Positions 22,387-34,049 are shown, counted from the first letter of the whole stretch. The stretch is DNA of 63,924 nt, filler included, from Octopus bimaculoides (GCF_001194135.2; 7 parts of 6 records of this genome joined end to end with filler, not necessarily neighbours in it), one strand, 5' to 3'. Made by a program: numbers and translations. The notes: a model not told the origin generated them from the sequence alone.

Positions 22387-23230
22387 TCAGAGACTTTTGC
22401 TAGTCTCCGACTCTGTCGTAAACGCACCTATAACTACTGGGATACATTTTACTTGCAATTTCCATAGTGTTGGTAATTCAATGGCTAGGTCTTGGTACTT
22501 TGTTATTTTTCTATACCTCTCACATTGATTTTTTTCATCATTTGGAACTGTAAAGTCAATTATCTGGCACTTTCTATTCTCTTTGTCTACTACTACTAAA
22601 TCAGGCCATCTAGCTTGTATTACTCTGTCAGTCTGAATGTTAAAGTCCCACAACATTTTATATTTCTTACTTTCTAGTACTTTACTAAGTTCATGTTCAT
22701 ACCATTTATCAGTATGGTCAAATCCCAGCTTTCTACATAACTCTCAGTGGATTATTCTCTCTAGGTCGTCATATCTTTTATTGTATTCTTTCTGTGCCAG
22801 CATGCTACATTGACTTACTATATGAGTAACACTTTCCTCTTTTGATTTGGATAACCTACATTGAGAATCTACTTGTTTTTTGTCTATCTTTGCTTTTATT
22901 TGATTAGTCCTTAATGTTTGATCTTGTATTGTTCTAAACGAACTTTCAGTCTCCCTTTTCAGCCTTCCTATTCTGCAACCATAACTATGTAAATTTACTA
23001 TTTTCTGCAACTACCTTTGGGAACCTACCTCCAATCAGATAGTTTTTGTTCTTTTTTTTCCTGTTTTTTTTTTTTGGTTTCCCTATGCCTTGCTGTGACT
23101 CTAGCAGCTCTTAATAAACTGTCTTCCCTATTACCTACATTGAAGTCTATATCTTCTCTAACTAAACCCACTCAGTCTTCTACTGATATTAGCCCTTTTC
23201 CACCTTCCTTTATAGGTAAGTATAATCTTG
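22387..23230 (-). pseudogene. R4/Dong-like element fragment (CCHC region plus RLE)
   Basis: LKRETES...QDQTLRTN...CRL....ESVTHIVSQCSMLAQKEY and WDFNIQTDRVIQARWPDLVVVDKENRKCQIIDFTVPND...KYQDLAIEL. 3'-truncated. Confidence 0.88.
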
Positions 23231-23479
23231 CTACTCCTGCCCTTGGGTGGAGTTCTCCATTCATATCGAATTCACATACAAGCATTCACATACTTCCCTT
23301 GTACACGCACACACATAAACACATATACTCACACAGAGTTGAAACGCTGTTTGATTTTTCACAGTAGAATTTCCATTATCCCACTACCAGTTTGCCTTCC
23401 TTCCTTATTCATCTATCAACCCTTCCTTTCTCATATGTTGTGACGGAGAAAAACACTAGAGTATTATTATAGTAGATTA

Positions 23480-23990
23480 TTATCATTATCATTATTATTA
23501 TTATTCCTTCATAACACAGTGTGGATAAAAATGCACCGGAGTCTTTAGTCATCTGTCAAGTCACAACAAGGATCTCAGACAAACAATACTTTCCTTAAGA
23601 TGTGTGCTGTGCCCAATAAGGCTGCTTTTTGCAAGACATCAGTCTTGCATGAGATTACCAGTTGCCTTAAGAAGTTTTGAAGTTTCAATGGGATTGAGCC
23701 CAACGCTCCGACCACCACTGGTATCTTTCACATTATTTTCTCGCATTCCATGCAATCTTGTCATTTCCACTTTCAATTCGGAGTACTTGGTGATTTTTTC
23801 AACCTCTTTACTCACAACATTCATGTCATTTGGTATGGCTACCCGAATGATCTGGCAGTATTTATCTCTCTTATTCAATATGACAATATCTGGCCGATAG
23901 TGTTCGATTACACGATCAGTCTGAAAATCATAGTCCCAGAGTATCGTTACTTTTCCATCCTCGTGCATAACTTTACTTGGTACATACTCA
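23480..23990 (-). pseudogene. Third R4/Dong-like 3' end with (TAA)n tail
   Basis: ILWDYDFQTDRVIEHYRPDIVIL...KEVEKITKYSELKVE...LQKAALLGTAHILRKVL, then (AAT)n. Confidence 0.85.
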
Positions 23991-23999
23991 TACCAGTTC

Positions 24000-24071
<72 letters not shown>

Positions 24072-24324
24072 ACGACNNNNNNNNNNNNNNNNNNNNNNNN
24101 NNNNNNNNNNNNNNNNNNNNNNNNNNNNNNNNNNNNNNNNNNNNNNNNNNNNNNNNNNNNNNNNNNNNNNNNNNNNNNNNNNNNNNNNNNNNNNNNNNNN
24201 NNNNNNNNNNNNNNNNNNNNNNNNNNNNNNNNNNNNNNNNNNNNNNNNNNNNNNNNNNNNNNNNNNNNNNNNNNNNNNNNNNNNNNNNNNNNNNNNNNNN
24301 NNNNNNTATCATTATTATTATTAT

Positions 24325-24520
24325 TGAGTGAGAGAGCAGCGCATGCCATCAAAGTGACACTGGGGTAAAACATACGAAGCCCATTATACCCATCATGACT
24401 ACCCATCCGATAAGGGTACACCAGGCACATGCATCACAACCATATGTGCGCGACATGGTGATCTCATATCAAGATAAACAGCGCATGACCTCGCAGGTGG
24501 AGCCCAGTTAGAATTTTCTA
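24325..24520 (-). mobile_element. ~195-bp non-coding element embedded in (ATT)n arrays
   Basis: A complex-sequence block (GAGTGAGAGAGCAGCGCATGCC...CCCAGTTAGAATTTTCT) flanked on both sides by (ATT)n. No TIRs and no recognisable ORF. Confidence 0.45.
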
Positions 24521-24533
24521 TTATTATTATTAC

Positions 24534-24602
<69 letters not shown>

Positions 24603-24984
24603 ACGACTTAATACATTTTGTTAATATGATGACTATTAATAAATTCTATTGCGCAGTTATGTTTTTAGTCGTCCTACAGTGTAAAAATTCGCCAGACTAG
24701 ACACGATAATGTCCCTATAAATCAAACGCTATAAATGTCCCATTAGACTGTGCGCTATGAAAACACTGTTAATATAAACTGTTTCTTTTAAACTTAATAT
24801 TGTTATTTATCTTTATACTGGGGAAATTTATTTTATTACATGTATAACGCGTATGTATTTGATACTTGTATAATACAAAATAGCGTTAGAATACAAATTC
24901 AAAACCGAAGAAAACACAAACATTAGTGAAGAAAGACAAAAAAGAGGAAGAAAGAAAGGAAAAGAAAAGAAAAATCAATTCAAC

Positions 24985-25150
24985 ACTAAGTGCTTCTAAT
25001 GGTCGCACACCACAAGGTCCAACAAACCTATTGAAGCAAGCCAACACGCTCACAGCATTACGACGGGAGATGGCGAAGCCAAGGTGTTGGAACAGCCAAG
25101 CACCAGCACGGGGATCATTTGACACCTCGTTAAAGCGTGTTACCAACGAC
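24985..25150 (-). pseudogene. CRE-clade-like non-LTR element, extreme C-terminus
   Basis: TRFNEVSNDPRAGAWLFQHLGFAISRRNAVSVLA resembles the DPR...FLFQR.S.AIQRGNA.SVLG end of CRE-type RLE elements. Confidence 0.55.
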
Positions 25151-25169
25151 AACAAAACAATTGCTGTTA

Positions 25170-25340
25170 CCGGCTCCGCCCTTTATTGTTTAATGCAATT
25201 AGGCGTAGTTTGAAAGCTTCTTTAGTCTACTTTTGCTAGTAAATCCATTGATTGTGTAGAAGCTGTATCATTGGCTCATGCCTTTTGTATTCGGATGACG
25301 CGTCAGAGAAAAGAAAACTTGCGCAATTGGTTGAACTAGG
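25170..25340. promoter_or_regulatory. TATA-less promoter candidate
   Basis: GC box CCGCCC at 25176-25181, ATTGG (CCAAT) at 25270 and 25326, and the perfect palindrome TGACGCGTCA at 25296-25305. CpG-richer unique DNA ~140 bp upstream of the ATG at 25474. Confidence 0.6.
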
Positions 25341-25473
25341 ACGTTGTTTTATATTGCACCAACAACGAAGTAGTCACTACTCGAGCACAAGAGCAGTGAA
25401 TCACGTAGAAGTTTTAATCCAACGTTAATTTTTAAACAATTAGTGAAGGTTGTTCGCTTGAACTCCTGCAAAA

Positions 25474-25502
25474 ATGGGTGTTCATGTGCTGATAGAGTAC
25501 TG
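25474..25502 (+). CDS. First coding exon of an Rdx-family protein (selenoprotein W / MIEN1-like): MGVHVLIEY + split Cys codon
   Basis: CAAAA-ATG-G start context, 29 nt, ends TAC TG|GTAAGTA (perfect donor, phase 2). The peptide resembles SelW/SelW2/MIEN1 starts (MALAVRVVYC, MGVQIKVEYC). As I recall, human SELENOW also has a 29-nt first coding exon ending in TG. Downstream exons were not found in the sequenced bases. Confidence 0.62.
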
Positions 25503-26029
25503 GTAAGTAATTATATATTTTTTGGAGTGGGGTGGGGTAGGGGGAACAAACCCACCACTAAGCAAAAAAATAAAACCTGATGTGCAGAGCACTGGTTTAT
25601 TTCAATATCGTCGTTCGTAAATTTATTTTTAATTTACATTTTATATTTATATATGTATGTTTATATTTTGCCTATAAAAAAAATATTGCTTATGTGACTT
25701 AGATTTCTGTTCGAAGGTATAGACTAGCCTAGCTACGGCATTTCTAACTATTAAAGCAACTGAAATACAAAGTTGTTAAGCTACAAGTCGACACCGATCA
25801 AGCAGACGACTATGATCAAAAGCTTTCAAACTATGACCATCTCATCTTTTTCAGAGACAGTGCAAACATGGACTACATTATCTAATGCGACGTTTTACCT
25901 TTTTAAGATGGTAGGGTGTAGTATAAGGGAGATTTGACTGTTGTTAGCAAACAAGCGAAAACGTAGATGTTTCTAAACGCGTAGGGGTGTGATTGTAAAA
26001 AATTACCATATATTATACTTGCTGTACGT

Positions 26030-26235
26030 AATCTTTTATCTCTTACTCGTTTCTGTCATTAGACTGTGGCCATGCTGGGTTACACCTTGAAAATTTTTGG
26101 TCGAATGAATCGACTCTAGTATTTTTTTAAAGCCTGGTACCTTATTCTATAAGTTTTTCTTTTGCCGATCCGCTAAGGTACAAGTAAACACACCAAAAAC
26201 CAGTTGTCAAGCGATGGTGGGGAACTAACACGCAC
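26030..26235 (-). mobile_element. SINE family A, 3' half
   Basis: CTTACTCGTTTCTGTCATTAGACTGTGGCCATGCTGG...GTTGTCAAGCGATGGTGGGG. Confidence 0.75.
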
Positions 26236-26318
26236 AGAGTTTCAGTTGACGTGTCTACTTAACCCTATTGACGTCCAAGAACTGTTCCCAAGTGTCCTTT
26301 TGACACAATAGTCTATAT

Positions 26319-26617
26319 CAGGGGTTTTCAAACTGTGGTCCACGGACCACAGGGGCTCCGCAAGGACAAGACAGGGGGCCCGTGGACAGCAAATACTTTT
26401 TTTATGGGCAATTTGATTTTATACATGTTTTTTAATCGAAATCTTTTAATTGACAATAAACCTATTTGTTAAATACTGTTAAATAAATAAATGTAAAAAT
26501 ATATGTTATTTTAAGCAAATATTTATGTATAAATTTCATAAGCGTTTATAAGGGGGTCCCTAAGGTAAAGCCTGAAATATAAAGGGGTCTGCAAGTCAAT
26601 AAGTTTGAAAACCCCTG
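26319..26617. mobile_element. hAT (Charlie-like) MITE, 299 bp
   Basis: Perfect 16-bp TIR CAGGGGTTTTCAAACT / AGTTTGAAAACCCCTG. Perfect 8-bp TSD GTCTATAT at 26311-26318 and 26618-26625. Confidence 0.93.
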
Positions 26618-26807
26618 GTCTATATTAATAAAATTTTGNNNNNNNNNNNNNNNNNNNNNNNNNNNNNNNNNNNNNNNNNNNNTTAATTAATTAANNNNNN
26701 NNNNNNNNNNNNNNNNNNNNNNNNNNNNNNNNNNNNNNAAGAAGAAGAAGAAGAAGAAGAAGAAGAAGAAGAAGAAGAAGAAGAAGAAGAAGAAGAAGAA
26801 GAAGAAG

Positions 26808-26834
<27 letters not shown>

Positions 26835-26838
<4 letters not shown>

Positions 26839-26990
26839 TCAAAAAATACCTTGGCAATGAGAACCCAGGTTCGAAATTTCACCAAGACATCTGATGGAGG
26901 CTGGAGGGTATATCAGCCGAAACGTTGTGTTAACAACAAACCAGATGAGGACAAATATCCGTCAAATGTAAACAACGTAAATAAGTGATA
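26835..26990 (+). ncRNA. Hammerhead-containing repeat, second copy of 59126-59395
   Basis: GACAT CTGATGG A GGCTG..CAGCC GAAA CG TT GTGTT at 26886-26931. Near-identical flanks to 59225-59360. Confidence 0.6.
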
Positions 26991-26994
26991 TATT

Positions 26995-28800
26995 GTTTTC
27001 AGGTCTTTACTGTTATACGCTTTCTGGATTTTTTCAGAAATATCCGACCACCATTTGTTTTTCATTTGTCGTATCTTTCTTTGGAGTGATGATTTTATCC
27101 TTTTGAGAAACTGCAGTAAGGGTTTTTTTTATCCTTATCTGGGGTACCGAGGCATTTTTGGTGCATCTTATTTTTATTTTCAAGAATTTTATTGATCTAT
27201 AGATCGTTTTCATCAAACCAGTCCCGATGTTTTCTGTTTCTGAAACCAATAACCTCAACTCCAACATTGTAAATAGTGGTCTTTAACTGAGCCTAAGTTC
27301 CATCAAATTCCGTTTCTCCAATAGCATTTCTCAGATTTGCCTGCACCTTTGAGTCCCTTAATTTCAACACATCAATACGTTCAGGGACTTTAATTCCTCC
27401 AGATCTTATTCTACGTATGATGCGGAGTTTCAATTTACCGCGTATGAGCATATGGTCAATGCCACATTCTGCACCTCACCTAATTCACTCAGTGCAAACA
27501 TCTGGAAGGTCTCGTTTCCTGGTGACAAGGTAATCAAGAATGTTTGGATTTTGAGTGCTTTATGGATATCCTTCTGATGGAAAACAATGTTTCAGATGAT
27601 GAGATCAAGTTCAGTGCAGAGCTGAAAAAGACGGAGACATTAGCGTTCATTTTGCTCAAACCATGTCTCCCTAATGCATCCCAGGTCTCATAATCGCATC
27701 CAACTCGGGCATTGAAATCGGCAAGAAGGAGGATCTTATCTGCATTTGGAATCGAAATCATAACCGATCTGAGATCTTCATAGAAAGTCATAATAGATTC
27801 ACTGCTGCTATCAAGAGTAAGAGCATAAGCAGAAATAACAGTCATAAAACGATCGCATGATAGAGAAGCTCGAAGATACATAATCCTATCACTGAAACCA
27901 TTAGGTTGTTCTATTTTGTGGGTTACTCGGTACGAATGGCAAAGCCAACACTCCCTACTCATTTTTCACCCCTTAGTTTACCCTTCCAAAAGAGAGTGTA
28001 TCCAACACCTGTTTTTGTCAATTGATCTTCATCACTCAACCTAGTTTCAGAGAGTGCAGCAATGTCAACGTTATACCGAGCCAACTCCTTGGCTATTATG
28101 CCAGTTCGCCGTTCAGGGCTACTTGATTCTTTATGATCAAGAAGTGTCTTGACATTCCATACACCTACCCATAATCTATATTTCTTGCTTGCGTGTTTTC
28201 TCTTTGTATTCTTCCTGCTGTACTGAACAGCCGTCAGCTGCAGGTTGCTGACCAGCTTGATGGGAGAACGGACATTTGCTTAAGTCACCTTTTCTAGACC
28301 TTTCTCAGATTTCTGAGTGAGCAGTGCTACTCTAGAGAGGGCTGCTCAGACGCTCTCGACCTCGCCGAAGCATGCTACTGATCTTTCAACAATGCAGTGA
28401 CGTTAGATAGGCCCTGAGCCGCCCACGTGCAGATTCGTGGCTATGCGCTCCCAGCCTGTTAAGCCTGCACATGTCGCCACTATTCCATCGCCGTGAGACT
28501 TGAAGAGATATCTGTAAATTTAAATATCAATACCATACACTTGTACGACACGTATAGCACCCACTCCTTCCCCAAAATCTGATATCCAGTGACAAACCAA
28601 GGCAAGATGACTAGGTGATTATGGAGATCGCATGATTTATTATCCTGGAGTTTAGCCTCTCCAGTGGTTAAATATCAGAGTGTCCTTCTAGTATTTGCCC
28701 AACCAAAGGCTAACTGCAAGACAGCAGTGAAGGATTTGAATTCGGAGTTACCTTCTCCTAGACAAATTGCCTTCCCCACGGCTTTATTAAACCTAGGAGC
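26995..28800 (-). mobile_element. RTE (BovB-like) LINE, 5' ~1.8 kb: 5' UTR, APE endonuclease and linker
   Basis: WNVKTLL..ERRTGIIAKELARYNVDIAALSETRL, VISAYA.TL...DKILLLADFNARVG and GFRNRKHRDWFDEND. UTR motif CTAGGAGAAGGTAACTCCGAATTCAAA near 28735-28765. Many stops. Confidence 0.88.
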
Positions 28801-29050
28801 TCCATCTACCCCTCTAATTACATCCACAAATACACACAAATCAAACAAAATAAAAGCAGTAAGATGTACATATGTATATAGTTGTTGGATGTGTGTGCCA
28901 GGTGCGTGTTTGGTGTGGTGAACTGTGGGTGAGTGTTGGGTGTATGTATGTGTGTATATATATATTTATATATATTTACAATTTTAATTTTTGGTTATAT
29001 GTGTGTATATTACGTGTACGTGTTTTTTCTTCATCTTTGAGGGAACTTAT

Positions 29051-29128
<78 letters not shown>

Positions 29129-29739
29129 TACATTTTTATAAACCTAAAGAAATGTAGGAATAGAAAAAACGAAGTTGAAAATGCACAATGAATATATTAG
29201 AATGAAGTAGAATTTAATCATGTTTTAAAATATAGGAATACATTTAACCGGTTTCACATTAGATTTTCAAACGTGTATAGTGTATGAAACTGTGTTGCGA
29301 ATTGTCTTATCTGGCCATTATAAAGATAGTAAAGTTTATTTGCCAACATAAGGTGGCTATCCTACGCAGACCTATGTTATTACCTTTTAACCCCAGCTGG
29401 TTATCGACACCCGATCTGTGTCTGATATACTCCCCTCTAGCTATTAGCAGTACCAGCAGACCATGGTTTCTGGGTTATTTCTCGTCCTCGGTACTGGATA
29501 CTTACTGGCTAGAGATGGCAGTTGCTCGACCTTACTCACGATATATAAACAGAGAAGCGACAGACAGTCGCTTATCTCGTAAGAAGCAAAAGAGCTAGTT
29601 TTAAAATCTATAAATGAGATTTTGCTCCTGCTCCTTTCGAAATCAGCATCTCGCTTACAAAAAAAAGACTTTGGCGCGTTCTATTTCATTCTCTATTAGA
29701 GTAAACGAGAACTTTCTTTCAAATAATGTCTGTTTTAAT

Positions 29740-31850
29740 TCAATGAGTCTTTTATTCTAATCATTCAGTTCGGCCTGCTAGCTAGGTCAAATAGAAAATT
29801 GGATTTGGTATGTTTTGGGTGGCATGAAGAAAACAGTAGGTTTTGGTTGGAGTTCGCTGTTTTGTAGTAGAAGTAGGTTTCTATGTTCGCATCATTCTTA
29901 ATAATCAAAATGTCTAAAAAGGATAAATTCCATGATAAATGTCTAAAAGGGATAAATTCCATGGTCAAATGAATGCTGTTATTAATGCTATTGAGTAGGA
30001 ATTTTTAAATCATTGTGTTCACCTAGGTTGTATGTTCATAGAATAAGGAATATAAATTTGTAAGTTGATACCGTACTTTGTCTTGATTTGTTCATACATA
30101 TAGACTTCCAGATATGTGATGTTGGGCGGCTTCTGAAATCACTGCAGTTCCGGGTATTTGTTAGTAGGTTTTGTTATGAAAGATGATTTTTAATCCGTCT
30201 GTGATGAATTGTTGATCAATTTAGTCTGGAATTTCATCAGGGAATTGTTTTAGCTAAAAGGCTATTGCTCTTAGTCCGTACCTGTGTGGGATGGTAGTAT
30301 AAAGATTTACTACATAATGATTATGGTATCTCTGTTAAATTTTTTCGGGAGATGGCTAAATCGGTTTCGGTCATCCTTATGAAACTTAGTGTAAATGTTA
30401 AGAGAGGTCCTACCACTAAGTCAAGGAAGTTACTAAGTCTGTGAGTTTTACAGGCTGGGCCTACCACAATTGGTTTTAATTTAATATCATTCGAAAAGGG
30501 TATGATTATTATCTTTCAGAAAGGTAGACCGATTAATGATGTCTTTGTAGATATCATTAATTGTTCTATTTTTATGGAGTTGGAGAATTCCGTAGAAGAA
30601 ACGGGTTTCGGTTTTAAAATTGGTTAGATAATTAATTTCTTTACTAGTTAAACTTTTTCCTGATGGTTTATGACTGTGTTAAGTTTAGACATCGTTTTTG
30701 TTAGTTGGTAGTTATTTACTATTTTATAGTGGGTGGTGTCATGAAGTAGAGTTAATGCAGAATTTTTGTATTGTTCCATATTCATAATAACTACAATACT
30801 TCCCTTACCAGCTTCTTTATAACTATGTAAATATTAAAGAAGTGATTTTTAAATTCTCAAATGCAGGATAATGCTAATAATATAGCCTAAACAGGTTATA
30901 TTATTAGCATTATCCTGCGTTTGAGAATTTTAAAATCACTTCTTTAACTTTCTAAGACATCTCAACGCTTCTAAAGCAAACTTCGTTTGTTTGTTTACGT
31001 TCATCGTAACTTGAATTTAACGTATGTTAATATTATTTTTTAAGTCATATATACATTTCTCTTCTTTTCGACTAGTGTTGGACGTCGGTTTAGGACGTGG
31101 AAATTCACTGTAAGGGAAGGTGGATATAAACTCACAAAATTTGTGTGATGCTTTGTTTCTCACTTTTGTGGGGTTGTAATTGCTTTTGTTTTGTGCAGTG
31201 GATTGATCAGTGTTATCTTTCTAGAAAAGTTCGTCTGTTAATCTTAATTTTCTACAAAAAATTGAAATATTTCGTATTTCACTGAGGTTAGGATACTGTG
31301 GTGTCGGGGTAAATTTTAGACCTTTTGAAAGGATTTGTTCTTCTGGGAATTTTTAGCTGTAAAGATTTATCATTTTAGGTTTCATACATTTATCATGTAC
31401 CATTGGGTGTCTTCGAATCTTTCTTCTGAGCTTAAAAAATGGTTTGTGATTTTTGTTCTTTTGATTGTGTTACTAGATTATATACTCTGTTTCTATCCAG
31501 TTTTCCGGAATAATTGTTATCCTTTGTATGCTTGAATAAATACTGTTCATGTTTCTCTTGTCATATTTGCAGTTTCTTTGTGTATATTGGGATATCTGGT
31601 TTTGAATGGTGTTCTATCTTGGTGGAGAGGGTTTTAGTGGGCTTATTTTGTTGTACGGAAAGCTTGGAATTTGTGTTGTTTCTTGTAAATCTTTGATGAG
31701 TACAATTCTTTATTTTCGATGTTTATTTGGTCGTTTATAAATATAACTAGTATGTTTTAATTTTCCTTAGAAGTGAATTAACATTATTTTCTGTTTGAAA
31801 CTCCTTTCCCAAAGTCGAAGTGATGTCGATTCTTCATTTACACATTGTTC
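29740..31850 (-). pseudogene. Penelope-like element RT relic (~2.1 kb)
   Basis: LSKGLKFTPTP, IKEAGKGSIVVIM, LKPIVVGPACKTHRLSNFLD and LSFLDILIIK..IETYFYYK...FSSCHPKHTK in the expected order, frameshifted. Confidence 0.85.
30834..30947. mobile_element. Foldback mini-element with TTAA ends (Kolobok/T2-like) inside the Penelope relic
   Basis: 55-bp arms (30834-30888 / 30893-30947) with 3 mismatches and an AAAC loop. TTAA|AG...CT|TTAA ends. Confidence 0.65.
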
Positions 31851-32447
31851 TCTACAACGCTTCATTATCTGTCGTGTCTGTGAACACATTTTCGAAATTT
31901 CAGTTTCGCCTCTAGTTAGCTATGTGACACACGAACCTGGATAGAGGCGATGGCCTCTTGGAGTTAATCAACGGCAGCATTCGTCCTGTTTTTTTTTTGT
32001 TTTTTTTGGACTGCCATGTTATCTTGGCGATAACTATTAATATCCAGCACCGCTGCCGTACTTTAGAGAGACTTAGAAGAGACTATTTCTGTATATATAN
32101 NNNNNNNNNNNNNNNNNNNNNNNNNNNNNNNNNNNNNNNNNNNNNNNNNNNNNNNNNNNNNNNNNNNNNNNNNNNNNNNNNNNNNNNNNNNNNNNNNNNN
32201 NNNNNNNNNNNNNNNNNNNNNNNNNNNNNNNNNNNNNNNNNNNNNNNNNNNNNNNNNNNNNNNNNNNNNNNNNNNNNNNNNNNNNNNNNNNNNNNNNNNN
32301 NNNNNNNNNNNNNNNNNNNNNNNNNNNNNNNNNNNNNNNNNNNNNNNNNNNNNNNNNNNNNNNNNNNNNNNNNNNNNNNNNNNNNNNNNNNNNNNNNNNN
32401 NNNNNNNNNNNNNNNNNNNNNNNNNNNNNNNNNNNNNNNNNNNNNNN

Positions 32448-32479
<32 letters not shown>

Positions 32480-32492
<13 letters not shown>

Positions 32493-32717
32493 ATGTTTGT
32501 GTGTCTGTGTTTGTCCCCCCAACATCGCTTGACAACCGATGCTGGTGTGTTTACGTCCCCGTAACTTAGCGGTACGGCAAAAGAGACCGATAGAATAAGT
32601 ACCAGGCTTCTAAAGAATAAGTCCTGGGGTCGATTTGCTCGACTAAAGGCGGTGCTCCAGCATGGCCACAGTCAAAAAGACTGAAACAAGTAAAAGAGTA
32701 AAAGAGTAAAAAGAGAA
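32480..32717 (+). mobile_element. SINE family A, well-preserved 3' half
   Basis: (TG)n, CCCCCAACATCGCTTGACAACCG... and a (TAAAAGAG)x3 tail. The 5' half is probably in the preceding gap. Confidence 0.88.
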
Positions 32718-32763
32718 TATATCTGTATGTATATCTTATATATATGGGGTTACCCAAGAGTCA

Positions 32764-32935
32764 CCCGACAGTAAATCAAAATACCATAAATACTTAATAT
32801 TTAATTCCATTTATTCATTCCAATTATGAATGTTTAATAATTCAATCACCGTTTATTCAGATGCTTTTATTAACTTCATTCAGTTGTTAAACATAAATAA
32901 ATTTTGGAATTAAACGGTTTTGATTTACTGTCAGG
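32764..32935. mobile_element. MITE with 18-bp TIRs and 2-bp TSD (EnSpm/CMC-like)
   Basis: CCCGACAGTAAATCAAAA / TTTTGATTTACTGTCAGG (17/18 match), flanked by CA on both sides. Confidence 0.6.
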
Positions 32936-32968
32936 CAACTTTTAGCCAATCCTGTATATATTTGGATG

Positions 32969-32974
<6 letters not shown>

Positions 32975-33001
<27 letters not shown>

Positions 33002-33003
33002 AC

Positions 33004-33060
<57 letters not shown>

Positions 33061-33251
33061 ATAGATAAATGTACTATGTATGTATGTATGTATGTACGTA
33101 TATACGTATGTATGTATGTATGTATGTATGTATGTACGTATGTATGTATGTATGCACTATGTATGTATGTATGTATGTATGTATGTACGTATGTATGTAT
33201 GTATGCACTATGTATGTATGTACATATGTATGTATGCACTATGTATGTATG

Positions 33252-33285
<34 letters not shown>

Positions 33286-33292
33286 TATATAT
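32975..33292. repeat. Compound (TA)n-(GATA)n-(GTAT)n microsatellite
   Basis: Directly visible. Confidence 0.95.
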
Positions 33293-33497
33293 AGTGATGG
33301 TAGTCTTTAGGGAATCCTGATCGAATAACTTTTTCTATCAATGACTTCCTAGCCGTAATTAACTTTTTAAATGTCTCTAGCACTACATTAAATATATNNN
33401 NNNNNNNNNNNNNNNNNNNNNNNNNNNNNNNNNNNNNNNNNTTAATTAATTAANNNNNNNNNNNNNNNNNNNNNNNNNNNNNNNNNNNNNNNNNNNN

Positions 33498-33543
<46 letters not shown>

Positions 33544-34049
33544 GTGTGTGTGCGTGCGTGTGTGTGTGTGTGTGTATTTGATCATGTTTGTCATTGTATA
33601 ATTGAATCTTTATATTTTGACTTATGTATGTGTATACATGTTTGTGTGTTTCCTCGTACTTATGTATATGCACTCATCACATAGTGAGCATCTAGAATAT
33701 TCGGTATATTTCTACAGCTTCATTAATGGTTTGTAGCTATAATTTCTTAATTAACAGTGTGTCCTTCCTGGTTTTGAGAAGGCCAGCTTCTCAAGACTAG
33801 TAGTGAGTTTTTAGTTATATATATAAGTTCCACAGTATTTACGTTAAACTATAAATCTAGTTGGTGTGTCTGTAGGTGAAGGTGCGTAGCATATGTTCTT
33901 TGGTTTTGGGCGATTGAGAGTACAGAGAACAGTGAGCCAAAAGAGCTTATTTAATGAACATAATGTTCGTAGAGAGGAGAAAATTAGAGAAAAAGAATAA
34001 TTTTAACGTTATTCTAATAATTTTTCAAATATTGACACAAGGTTGGCAG

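Noticed and set aside
25523-25543. G-rich run GGAGTGGGGTGGGGTAGGGGG as a G-quadruplex
   Set aside because: Only three long G tracts, so it is too weak to claim.
29905-29967. 31-bp tandem duplication (and a 13-bp one at ~17424-17453)
   Set aside because: Ordinary slippage duplications in decayed DNA.
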